NCBI GenBank assembly: GCA_043821365.1 | Contig: JBDRCX010000003.1 | Coordinates: 1-64,000 of the forward strand | Reading direction: 5' to 3' | Length of the DNA: 64,000 nucleotides | Source: Candidatus Micrarchaeota archaeon | GTDB taxonomy: Archaea; Micrarchaeota; Micrarchaeia; Anstonellales; Bilamarchaeaceae | Part shown: positions 48,645 through 58,024 of the stretch, piece by piece | Position numbering within the stretch: position 1 is the stretch's first letter | How the letters are laid out: each line of letters begins with the position of its first letter | The notes under the pieces: model-generated | The model's input: the letters and a program-made list of their open reading frames with translations, nothing else | Told to the model about the DNA's origin: nothing | The model's database searches: none | Position numbers and translations under genes: made by a program

Positions 48645-49115
48645 TCATCCTTTTAACAATGAGTCGTGCTTTCCTTCATTTACCTCCTTTATAACTTCTC
48701 TTGCATTTTTGTTATCAATTGTCACGCCCATACTAACGCATGTACCAAGAACCTCTTTAAGTGTTTCCTTTAAGTCCTTGCCCAAAGAATTTCTTTTAGA
48801 CTTTGAAACAACAACTAATCTTTCCAAAGCAACATTGCCAGCTGGTGCATCTTTTGATCCAGCGCCCTTTTCAATGCCAGCTTCTTTTTTTATGATCTCT
48901 GCGGTTGGTGGGCTGCCAACTTCAACTGTAAATTCCTTTGTTTTTGGATCAACACTTACCTTTACCGGTACTTTCATACCTTCAAAATCTTTTGTTGCTT
49001 CGTTTATCTTCGAAACTACTTGACCAATATTAACTCCCATGGGTGCTAATGCCGGTGCCAAAGGTGGACCAGCCGAAGCTTTGCCACCGTCTACTATAAT
49101 ATCTATCGTTTTCAT
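48645..49115 (-). CDS. rpl11: 50S ribosomal protein L11 (uL11)
   Basis: GGKASAGPPLAPALAPMG, GMKVPV, VGSPPTA, GTCVSMG. Confidence 0.97.
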   Translation of the reverse strand: MKTIDIIVDGGKASAGPPLAPALAPMGVNIGQVVSKINEATKDFEGMKVPVKVSVDPKTKEFTVEVGSPPTAEIIKKEAGIEKGAGSKDAPAGNVALERLVVVSKSKRNSLGKDLKETLKEVLGTCVSMGVTIDNKNAREVIKEVNEGKHDSLLKG

Positions 49116-49242
49116 TCAAAAACCTCTATTACCTATCTTTTGTAATTATTCGTAGAAGAATGGATTCAATTGGTCTGGTTTGTTTTTTAAATTTAACTTG
49201 TTTGGTTTACTAAGAGTTTTGATGAAACTTTTAGTAAAAGTT

Positions 49243-49950
49243 TCAACCCCATCCTTCCATTTTGATTCTTTTTGTATCAACTTTAAGTTCAATAAGAAAT
49301 TCTTTCATACTTTTAATCATACCCATCGATCCACACATCCACCAGTCAGTGTTTTTTGGATCTTGAATGTATTTTGTTATTAATTCTTTGTTTATTCTCC
49401 CCTTTTCTCCGTTCCATTCTGATTCTTCTCTTGTTAATGTTATAATTATTTTTATTTTTGGATTTAATTTTTGTATTCTTTCAAATTCTTCCTGGTAAAT
49501 TATTGTTTCTTTGGTTCTAGTACTATATAGTAAAACAAAATTTCCATCTAGTTTTTTCCCTGCAATATCTCTAAGTATGCTTAGCATCGGGGCAACCCCT
49601 GTTCCAGATGCTATCAACCCTACATTTTTTTGTTCATTATATTGAAAATGACCCAATGGCCCCTCAATACCAATATCTGTTCCAATCATTAATTTTTCTA
49701 GTTTGCTGGTCATGGCTCCATTAACCATCTTTATGCAAAATTCCAAATAATCTGCACTCGGAGATGAGGCTATTGAATATGGTTTTTTTATTATTGTATT
49801 TCCTTGTTCATCAAAAATATGTATGTATACAAATTGCCCTGGTTTAAACTCTAATTTTTTTTCTATGGGTTCCATTCTGTATATATTAACACTGTCAGTT
49901 GACTTTTCTATGCTTGTTATTTTGTATTTAATAATTGACAGATGGTTCAC
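49243..49950 (-). CDS. FAD/NAD(P)-binding oxidoreductase (ferredoxin-NADP reductase fold)
   Basis: FKPGQF, KPYSIAS, GPLG, ASGTGVAP, MCGS, EGW. Confidence 0.92.
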   Translation of the reverse strand: MNHLSIIKYKITSIEKSTDSVNIYRMEPIEKKLEFKPGQFVYIHIFDEQGNTIIKKPYSIASSPSADYLEFCIKMVNGAMTSKLEKLMIGTDIGIEGPLGHFQYNEQKNVGLIASGTGVAPMLSILRDIAGKKLDGNFVLLYSTRTKETIIYQEEFERIQKLNPKIKIIITLTREESEWNGEKGRINKELITKYIQDPKNTDWWMCGSMGMIKSMKEFLIELKVDTKRIKMEGWG

Positions 49951-50004
49951 CTAAGAGATCTAAGTTCCGATATGAATTAAAAGATAGGTTGCTTTGAATT
50001 TATT

Positions 50005-51441
50005 ATGTTCTCTATAAAAAATTTCTCACTTTTATTTTTGATTGTAAGTGTCTTTCTACTGTTTGGTTGTTTTTTTCCAAACACGCCTTCAGATAATGGA
50101 CTACCTTCGAATCATCTAACAAATCAATCTAAGAATAATACTATGAAACCGCCACTACCCAATACTAGTATTAAATCTAATATTGTTGATGTAAATATTC
50201 CATCGTCAAGTGGTAATGGGACAATTGCAGTTCGTCTTCAAATACCAAACAAAACTAGATATTCTGATGGTGCACCAGTTGTCATATGGATTTCTGGTGG
50301 CTATGATGGTGGCGGACTCAATCATGGTTTTGCTTCAGAATTAGACGATACAGCAGTAATTACATTTCTTTTTCCTGGTATAGAGGATCCATGGGCAGGA
50401 ATTAAGTCTGATGGTGTTTATGATTATCGTGGTGAGAATTGTATTATCTCACTTAAAGATGTAATTCTCTATGCAGCTGGAGAAAAAACAGACAATCTTA
50501 ACCGTACTATTGATGAAATTTCAAACATTGATATTCTTCATAATAATATTGGGTTAGTTGGTTCATCAAATGGTGGCAACATAATAGTTGCTCTACCTGC
50601 GTTTTATGGTGATGAACTTGTTGGTCATTTGCGCTATGTTATCCAATGGGAAACACCAGTTTCAAGTCAAATAGCGAATCGTGATTTTGGTAGAGTCTGG
50701 CTTAAACCAGCAACTGGACAAGGTGATTATTTCAATCCACGTTATTCTGGTTATGGCCCACTTATTCTTGGTTCAAATTATAGTGATCTTACTTACAATC
50801 CGAGTTATTCATATTACACTATATTCCATGATGGTAATGGTGATGGTCAATATACTACTGTCTCAGTAGCTGGTAAAGACCTTCCTGATCTTGATGGAAA
50901 CGGAAAACTTGAACTTAATGAAGATTTCCCACTTGATTACTATCCTGGTGGAGAGAATGGTACAATCCTCTTCTATTCCCGTCCAGTAACTTATGCAATG
51001 GAAGAAATGAATATCTTCAATGGTTCTTGGCCTTCAAATATTGCAACACCAGAGCAAGCAGATGAGTATTGGGATTTGAGAGAGTCAGTTGTTCTATATG
51101 ATGATGCAATTGCAAATATGCCAGATCTTGAAGCCATGGTTTTAGCAGGCGAAGTTGATCATGTTCAATCCTCATATGATAAGTTCAATATCCAACAAGC
51201 TTTTGGTGGATTAATGAAAGCAAATGTATCCTGGGTTCAAATAAATCCAAGTAGTAGCTATCTTACTTCAATTAACCCGCTTTACAGCAATAGGAATGAT
51301 CTTCCAGATAATCAGCCATTCACATCGCCGACAAATTGGAAGAATTTCTCATCATACACCATTCCTGCTGATGTTTTCAAAGGATTTTATCAATCTGCAT
51401 CAGTCTGGCAGATGGCTGATAGAGCGCATAATAACAATTAA
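50005..51441 (+). CDS. Secreted lipoprotein, alpha/beta-hydrolase-like
   Basis: Lipobox-like LLFGC, PVVIWISGG, GLVGSSNGG nucleophile elbow, DxDGNG loops. Confidence 0.65.
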   Translation: MFSIKNFSLLFLIVSVFLLFGCFFPNTPSDNGLPSNHLTNQSKNNTMKPPLPNTSIKSNIVDVNIPSSSGNGTIAVRLQIPNKTRYSDGAPVVIWISGGYDGGGLNHGFASELDDTAVITFLFPGIEDPWAGIKSDGVYDYRGENCIISLKDVILYAAGEKTDNLNRTIDEISNIDILHNNIGLVGSSNGGNIIVALPAFYGDELVGHLRYVIQWETPVSSQIANRDFGRVWLKPATGQGDYFNPRYSGYGPLILGSNYSDLTYNPSYSYYTIFHDGNGDGQYTTVSVAGKDLPDLDGNGKLELNEDFPLDYYPGGENGTILFYSRPVTYAMEEMNIFNGSWPSNIATPEQADEYWDLRESVVLYDDAIANMPDLEAMVLAGEVDHVQSSYDKFNIQQAFGGLMKANVSWVQINPSSSYLTSINPLYSNRNDLPDNQPFTSPTNWKNFSSYTIPADVFKGFYQSASVWQMADRAHNNN

Positions 51442-51496
51442 GTGGTGAAATTCTGTTTAGGCTAAGCCTAATAAATTATGCGTTCATATTTTGATT

Positions 51497-52234
51497 ATGC
51501 ATGATAAATTAGCAAGATCATTCAAGTATGCTTGGGAATTTTATCTAAAAAGATGGGGTATTATTGTTGCTTTTTCAATCCCATTCATTGTTGCATTTCT
51601 AATTCCAACACTTGTTCCAGCACCAACATACCTAGCCCTTGGTGCTGTTTTCCTAAGAACCGGGAGTCTTCCCGATCTAACTCTTTTCGACATAGTAATT
51701 ACAGCACTAGCATACGCATTATCTGTTTTCATAATCGCAGACACCATAGTCAATATCAATATAGTTGTACGATCAAAAAGAACACTAACATCTATTCAAT
51801 ACGAAGTTGTTCATGCATTGGGAACCTACGGTACAAGGATATTCTACATATATACAATGGTACTATTGCTGATGTTTATTTTCCAACTTTTGACCTATGA
51901 TAATCCTCTTCAAACTTGGATATACCCACTTGCATCATTTATACTGTCATTCTTACTATTCTTTATTCCACCTGCAGTTGTAATTGATAATTCAGATACT
52001 CCAACTGCAATAAAACGTTCAATTAAGATGGCAATGAAGAATCCACATTTCATTTTAGTGTGGGCAGTTGCATCTCTGATATTATTATCTGTGGTTAAGA
52101 TATTCGCTGATCTTATATTTTCAGATCCATTTTCAGGATACTTTGTATTATTGGTGAATTCATTACTGATACTTCCCTATCTTACAATCTTACAAACTCA
52201 AATGTACATGGAGAAATATCCACTAGCAAGGTAA
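51497..52234 (+). CDS. Hypothetical multi-pass membrane protein
   Basis: About six hydrophobic segments; PPAVVIDN. Confidence 0.65.
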   Translation: MHDKLARSFKYAWEFYLKRWGIIVAFSIPFIVAFLIPTLVPAPTYLALGAVFLRTGSLPDLTLFDIVITALAYALSVFIIADTIVNINIVVRSKRTLTSIQYEVVHALGTYGTRIFYIYTMVLLLMFIFQLLTYDNPLQTWIYPLASFILSFLLFFIPPAVVIDNSDTPTAIKRSIKMAMKNPHFILVWAVASLILLSVVKIFADLIFSDPFSGYFVLLVNSLLILPYLTILQTQMYMEKYPLAR

Positions 52235-52238
52235 TTCA

Positions 52239-53228
52239 ATGCCAAAAAATCAGACAGAGTCCAGAAAAAAAGACCATGTTGATCTAGTTGTTGATGATGG
52301 AGCACAATATGCAAAAACAACTGGATTCGAACGTATGGATTTTGTCCATAATGCATTGCCAGAAATATCTCTTCAATCAGTTGATCTTTCAACAAAGTTC
52401 TTCAATAAAAAAATCAAATATCCAATTCTAATAACTGGAATGACTGGTGGGTATTCTGATGCTGAAAAAATCAATAGACAACTAGCAGCAGCTGCACAGA
52501 AATACGGTCTTGCATTTGGTGTTGGTTCACAAAGAGCAATGATCGAAAAACCAGAATTAGCAAAAACATATAAAGTTCGTGATGTTGCTCCAGATATTCC
52601 ATTACTCTCCAATATCGGTGCATTTCAACTTAAGAAATATTCAACCAAACAAATTGAATCATTGGTTCAAGATATCGAGGCAGATGCTCTTGCAATCCAT
52701 CTTAATGCACTTCAAGAGGTTATCCAACCAGAAGGCGATACTGATTTTACTGGAATTTTAGCTGCAATAGAGAAAACATGTGACGGATTGTCAGTTCCTA
52801 TTATTGTTAAGGAAACTGGTGCAGGCCTTAGTCAGGATGTTGCAATTGCATTGAAAAAAGCAGGTGTGAAATATTTGGATGTTGCAGGAGCAGGTGGAAC
52901 ATCCTGGAGTGTTGTTGAATATCTTCGTGGTGGTGGTGTTCCTGGTTTTGAAAACTGGGGGATTCCAACTGCTGAATCAATAATCCAATGTAAGGGAGTT
53001 CTGCCAATAGTTGCTACTGGTGGAATCAGAACTGGTGTTGATGGTACAAAAGCAATAGCTCTTGGTGCAGATATGTGTGGTGCAGCCTACCCATTCATCA
53101 AATCATTAAAGAAAAACAAACTAAATCAATTTATAGAGATTTTTGAGAAGCAAATGGCAATATCAGCTTATCTTACTGGTTCTAAAACTATTTCTGATCT
53201 AAAAAAGGCCAAACTTCGATTTTTGTAA
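52239..53228 (+). CDS. fni: Type 2 isopentenyl-diphosphate isomerase
   Basis: RKKDHV, MTGG, GVGSQR, NIG, HLNALQE, VKETGAG, DVAGAGGTSW. Confidence 0.97.
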   Translation: MPKNQTESRKKDHVDLVVDDGAQYAKTTGFERMDFVHNALPEISLQSVDLSTKFFNKKIKYPILITGMTGGYSDAEKINRQLAAAAQKYGLAFGVGSQRAMIEKPELAKTYKVRDVAPDIPLLSNIGAFQLKKYSTKQIESLVQDIEADALAIHLNALQEVIQPEGDTDFTGILAAIEKTCDGLSVPIIVKETGAGLSQDVAIALKKAGVKYLDVAGAGGTSWSVVEYLRGGGVPGFENWGIPTAESIIQCKGVLPIVATGGIRTGVDGTKAIALGADMCGAAYPFIKSLKKNKLNQFIEIFEKQMAISAYLTGSKTISDLKKAKLRFL

Positions 53229-53342
53229 CACTTATTTAAAAACTTACTACCATATTCTAACATTCAATGTACCTTAGTGGCTAAACTCTTAGATTTAGTG
53301 CTAAAAGTAGTATTTAAATAATGTTATAAACAGTGTATATAC

Positions 53343-54962
53343 ATGCAAAGAGTAGAAAAAATGCTAGCTCAGCGATCGCATTGGCCTCCTCAGCTTCAAG
53401 CATCAGCTAGAAGGTGGGCTGATTGTTATGCCAAGTTCGGTGGCCAAGATGCATTTTCCCATCCACTCCGTGTTCTTGACCGTGCAATAGACCATGATAT
53501 GGTTGAACTGCATAAAATTGGGGATAGGCGGGTAGATCCTAAACAACTTAATCTTAAACTAGCGAACATCATACTCGGACATATATTTAGACATGGAAGA
53601 AATAATCGGAGAGATTTCCCATCAGAAGACTTTGAAAGAAGCCAGCTGACCATGAGTGGATTTGAAATTTTTGATGCATTAAGGGAGAATGATCTTAGTG
53701 CAATGTCACGGGCTAGATATGGTGAACTTTTAGAAACTCCATCGCTCGGCACATTAGCAAGATGTATTGATGTTGCACAATATGGGCCAGATGGACTTAC
53801 TTCTGAAGGTGAACTTGCTAACTTAGATCCAAATATTTTCTACCGATTCAGTCCATATACAGGTAAAAGTGAATATGAACATATAGCTCGCGTTGCAAGA
53901 ATGGTTTATGCACCTCTATGTGATCTTTTCAGTTATAGAAAATTAGCTGGAGATTTGATGCAAATGTCCTATTACCATCTTGATCGTGGGATTTATGATG
54001 ATGTAAATCTGTATTTAAAACTTCTAGAAACTAAAATTGCTGCAACTCAGAGACTTATGGAGGCAGTACTTCTCCAATTAAAAGAGAGACTGGATAGTGC
54101 TGGTTATAGGTATGATATAATCTTTAGAGAACAAAAACATCCTGGGAAAGTTATGGAGAAGGTTGACAGGTATTCGCGTGGTGATGGCCTTTCAACCGAA
54201 ACACATATTGAATCGCTTAGTGATCTTGTTGCTTTTACTGTTGTTTTACACTCAAAAAAAGATGGTAATGGTGGTAAGGTTATTACACAAAATGATCTTG
54301 ATGATTTTGAATTTGTAGCAAAATCTATAGTTGAAATCGTATCGGGATTGAAAAAATTACGTAATAATAATTACAGCGCTAGTCTTTTTACTGATAGAAT
54401 CACTAATCCTAAAGAAAGTGGATACCAGTCCTATCATGTTGACATGGCATTTGAAGACCATAGTTTAGTTGGGCTTGAAGCAATAGTACGAAATACCATA
54501 ATGCATACATATGCCGAACGAGGTGGTGCAGCCCATCATCTATTCAAAGGAGGGGCTGGATTAACAAAAACAGTTGAAAAAGCTTACAGGAATATCAAAG
54601 ATGCAATTGCAGGGGGTCAAAATCCAAATGACACTGACCGATCAGTTTCTTATCAAAGAATTCAATTTGTTGTTCCAGGTTCTGAACCATATCTGCGCAT
54701 TGTTCCGGGAGGTGCATCAGTTGGAGAAGCTCTTATTTGCGGTGGCATCAGCCTATTTGATAGACTTTCCATTGATCCACCAAGATCAATTTTTGATCAA
54801 ATTCGTGGTACTTCAGAATTACGTTTAGTTACGTCTGGTTATCCTCTTGTTGCTAATGAACAAATTCTAAGAGAGCTTCAAATGATGGCAATTAATCCAT
54901 CTACTGCACGTGAAATTCATGGTTTAATAAGAGAACTAAGACTTACTCCTAGATCTCCTTGA
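53343..54962 (+). CDS. Long RelA/SpoT homolog-like protein (degenerate HD, synthetase, TGS-like)
   Basis: HPLRV, YAPLCDLF, REQKHPGK, SDLVAF, DRITNPKESGYQSYH, EAIVRNTIMHTYAERGGAAH, VPGGAS. Confidence 0.85.
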   Translation: MQRVEKMLAQRSHWPPQLQASARRWADCYAKFGGQDAFSHPLRVLDRAIDHDMVELHKIGDRRVDPKQLNLKLANIILGHIFRHGRNNRRDFPSEDFERSQLTMSGFEIFDALRENDLSAMSRARYGELLETPSLGTLARCIDVAQYGPDGLTSEGELANLDPNIFYRFSPYTGKSEYEHIARVARMVYAPLCDLFSYRKLAGDLMQMSYYHLDRGIYDDVNLYLKLLETKIAATQRLMEAVLLQLKERLDSAGYRYDIIFREQKHPGKVMEKVDRYSRGDGLSTETHIESLSDLVAFTVVLHSKKDGNGGKVITQNDLDDFEFVAKSIVEIVSGLKKLRNNNYSASLFTDRITNPKESGYQSYHVDMAFEDHSLVGLEAIVRNTIMHTYAERGGAAHHLFKGGAGLTKTVEKAYRNIKDAIAGGQNPNDTDRSVSYQRIQFVVPGSEPYLRIVPGGASVGEALICGGISLFDRLSIDPPRSIFDQIRGTSELRLVTSGYPLVANEQILRELQMMAINPSTAREIHGLIRELRLTPRSP

Positions 54963-55413
54963 ATTCAGTAAGTCTAGTTATAACATTCAAAACCATGTTT
55001 GTATTTGTTTTTTCTACACCAGAAACTGCAAGTATCTTTTTTACTGTTGAACTGAGTTCACCGCGTGTTTTACACATAACAACTGCAATTGCATCATATC
55101 CACCAGTTGTATCCCATACTGCTGCCACATGTGGTATTTTTGCCACCTTTCCTTCTATCTGCAGTAAATCCTTTCCTGAGATGCTTATATCTACAACTGC
55201 CATAAATTCAAAGCCTAGTTTGTTGTAATCCAGTTTAGCCCCATACCCAGTTATGTATTCTGATTCTTCGAGAGATTTTACTCTTTCTATTATTGCAGTT
55301 GTTGACATTCCAATATCCTTTGCAAGTTTTCGATAGGAACGTTTTGAATTTTTTACTAATTCCCCAAGTAGTCTTTTGTCCATTTCGTCCAGTTTTCTTG
55401 TAATATTTTTCAT
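54949..55413 (-). CDS. Lrp/AsnC-family transcriptional regulator, divergent from glnA
   Basis: LDEMDKRLL, SYRKLAKDIG, ERVKSLEE, TTGGYD. Confidence 0.93.
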   Translation of the reverse strand: MKNITRKLDEMDKRLLGELVKNSKRSYRKLAKDIGMSTTAIIERVKSLEESEYITGYGAKLDYNKLGFEFMAVVDISISGKDLLQIEGKVAKIPHVAAVWDTTGGYDAIAVVMCKTRGELSSTVKKILAVSGVEKTNTNMVLNVITRLTEFKEI

Positions 55414-55555
55414 ATAAACCAAACATTTGTATGTAATATTTATATATTTATTGGACATTTGTTTGGTTAAAAACCATTTCACAAGCTTTTTAATCTTTGT
55501 TTTCTTATTTTAACAAATATTTGGGAGTTTTTAGTTTAATTTGGGAGGTTTTATT

Positions 55556-56899
55556 ATGGAATTTAAAGAAGTTACTGACGAAGAAATATTGGAAAGAGTT
55601 GCGAAAGACAATGTAAAATTTGTGAATCTGCAATTCACTGATCTTTTTGGTGTTGTTAAGAATGTTACAATTACTTCTGAACATCTTGAAGATTCACTCG
55701 AAAGTGGAACCTGGTTTGATGGCTCTTCAATCGAAGGGTTTGCAAGAATCCATGAAAGCGACATGTTTTTGAAACCAGATAAAGACACGTATGTTTCAAT
55801 CCCATGGTTACATTCTGCTGATGGTAATACTGCGAGGTTGATTTGTGATATATATAACGCAGATGGAAAGCCGTTTGAGGGAGCTCCAAGAACAATTCTA
55901 AAAAAAGTATTAGCAGAAGCAAAAGAACTTGGATATGAATATAATACTGGACCAGAACTAGAATTTTTTCTTTTCAAAAAAGAGAATTGTAAATTGCAAC
56001 CACTTCCACATGATAAGGGTGGCTATTTTGATTTAAGTATGGATCATGCCTATGAAATAAGAAGAGACATGGCCATAGCATTAGGAAAATTTGGTATAGC
56101 TGTTGAAGCACTTCATCATGAAGTTGCGGTTGGTCAGCATGAGATTGATTTTAGATATGGTGATGCTCTAAAAACTGCTGATAATGCAACAACAATGCGA
56201 TATGTAGTGAAAGCTGTTGCAGAAAAACATGGTTTACATGCTACTTTTATGCCAAAGCCAATTACGGGTATAAATGGCAGTGGTATGCACATCCATCAGA
56301 GTCTTTTCAAAGATGATGTCAATCTATTCTTTGATGGGTCTGATTCTCATAACATGTCTTCACTTGCAAAAAATTTCATTGCCGGACAATTGAAACATAT
56401 TCGTGGTATGTGTGCGATAACTTCACCCACAGTCAATTCATACAAAAGGCTTACTCCGGGGTATGAAGCCCCAGTTTATTTAAGCTGGGCAAGAACAAAT
56501 CGTTCTGCATTAATTCGTGTGCCTGCCATCAAGAAAGATAAGCCAAAAGCTGCTCGTATTGAATTACGTTGCCCAGATCCATCCTGCAATATTTATCTTG
56601 CATTTGCAATAATGTTAAAGGCTGGCCTGGATGGAATAAAGAATAAACTTGAACCACCAGTACCTGTAGAAGAAGATCTTTATGAGTTTGATGATAATAA
56701 ACTTTCAAAACTCAATATTGCACAACTTCCCTATTCTTTATTTGAGGCAACAAAAGAAATGAAAAAGAGTGAGCTTGTAAAAGATGTTCTGGGAGAAACA
56801 ACTTTCAACAAGTATATTCATGCAAAGATTTCTGAATGGGATGAGTACAGATTACAAGTTACCGAGTGGGAGCTTGATCGCTATCTGGAAAGTTATTGA
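55556..56899 (+). CDS. glnA: Glutamine synthetase type I
   Basis: FDGSSIEGF, GPELEFF, HHEVAVGQHE, TFMPKP, NGSGMH, NRSALIR, RIELRCPD. Confidence 0.98.
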   Translation: MEFKEVTDEEILERVAKDNVKFVNLQFTDLFGVVKNVTITSEHLEDSLESGTWFDGSSIEGFARIHESDMFLKPDKDTYVSIPWLHSADGNTARLICDIYNADGKPFEGAPRTILKKVLAEAKELGYEYNTGPELEFFLFKKENCKLQPLPHDKGGYFDLSMDHAYEIRRDMAIALGKFGIAVEALHHEVAVGQHEIDFRYGDALKTADNATTMRYVVKAVAEKHGLHATFMPKPITGINGSGMHIHQSLFKDDVNLFFDGSDSHNMSSLAKNFIAGQLKHIRGMCAITSPTVNSYKRLTPGYEAPVYLSWARTNRSALIRVPAIKKDKPKAARIELRCPDPSCNIYLAFAIMLKAGLDGIKNKLEPPVPVEEDLYEFDDNKLSKLNIAQLPYSLFEATKEMKKSELVKDVLGETTFNKYIHAKISEWDEYRLQVTEWELDRYLESY

Positions 56900-57784
56900 A
56901 ATAGTTCAGTGGTGAAATATCTCTCTCCATTATCTGGAAGTAGGGAAATCACTATTCCTTTTATTTTTTTCGCAGTTTGAATTGCAGCCCACATTGATGC
57001 CCCACTACTAATGCCAACCAATATACCTTCTTTTTTTGCTAAATTTCTTGCAGTTTCAAAAGCATCATTGTCACTAACATAGATTATTTCATCTACTTCT
57101 TTTCTATTGAATATTTTTGGAACAATTGATGTTTGCATATTTTTTAACCCCTGAATCTTATGGTTTGGGTATGGTTCTGCTGCAATAATTTTAATTTCTG
57201 GATTTTTTTCTCTTAGTAATTTTCCAACTCCCATAACTGTTCCTCCAGTTCCAATACCAGAAACAAATGCCCTTATTTCACCGTCAGTCTGTTCCCATAT
57301 TTCATTTGCTGTTTGTGCATAATGTGCCAATGGGTTGTTTTCATTGGAATATTGATCTGGCATAAAATATTTTTCTGGATTTTTTTCTAATTTTTTATTT
57401 GCAAGATTTATGGCCCCATCAATCCCAAGTTCTGCTGGTGTTAATGTTATCTTTGCACCAAATGCAGTCATTGCTTTTCTTCGTTCCAAACTTGCATTTT
57501 CTGGCATAACTATTTCAATTTGGTACCCTCTCACTGCACCAATCATGGCAAGAGCTATACCAGTATTTCCAGATGATGCTTCAATTACAATTCGATTTTT
57601 TATCAAATCCAATTTTTCTGCAGCTTCAATCATTTTCTGAACAGGACGATCTTTTATGCTGCCACCAGGATTTCTACCTTCTAATTTTGCGTATAATTCG
57701 TTTTCACTTAATCTATTTATTCTAACTAACGGAGTCCATCCTATTGTCTCCAGTATGTTAGCAGGCCAACCACCTATTTTTCAT
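56893..57784 (-). CDS. cysM: Cysteine synthase (CysK/CysM); annotated frame lacks an in-frame ATG
   Basis: NILETIGWTPLVRI, EGRNPGGSIKDR, SSGNTG, DQYSN, GTGGT, DNGERY; the RBS-led ATG at 57784 is out of frame by one A. Confidence 0.85.
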
Positions 57785-57870
57785 TTTTACACCTCATAAA
57801 AATTCTGATTTTTATTAAGTAAAAATGTACGACATTTTTACACCTCATAAATTTTTATTAAATAAAAATG
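57782..57870. repeat. Tandem duplication of the cysM RBS/start region, each unit bounded by inverted repeats
   Basis: catttttacacctcataaa..tttttattaa(g/a)taaaaatg at 57782-57827 and 57833-57870. Confidence 0.85.
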
Positions 57871-58024
57871 AAATTTTGAAGTTTATAAACTAATGTAACA
57901 ATTTTGTTTTGGTTAGATGAAACTTGCTTCGCAAGTTTGAGGATTCGGGAGGGGTATTATGCTTTGTGATGTTAATAAAATAAAAGGGATGTGTGAAACC
58001 GTAGGTTTCACAAACAAACAAAAA

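Noticed and set aside
55531-55977. 148-aa minus-strand ORF
   Set aside because: Antisense shadow of glnA. The same applies to the ORFs antisense to rpl24/rps4e (1164-1802), fusA (18838-19410), purE (41866-42324) and acr3 (58547-59278).
57915-58012. Hairpins aaacttgc/gcaagttt and tgtgaaacc/ggtttcaca as members of the TTGA..TCAA family
   Set aside because: Outer arms do not match the consensus; more simply terminator or trailer structures after tRNA-Lys.
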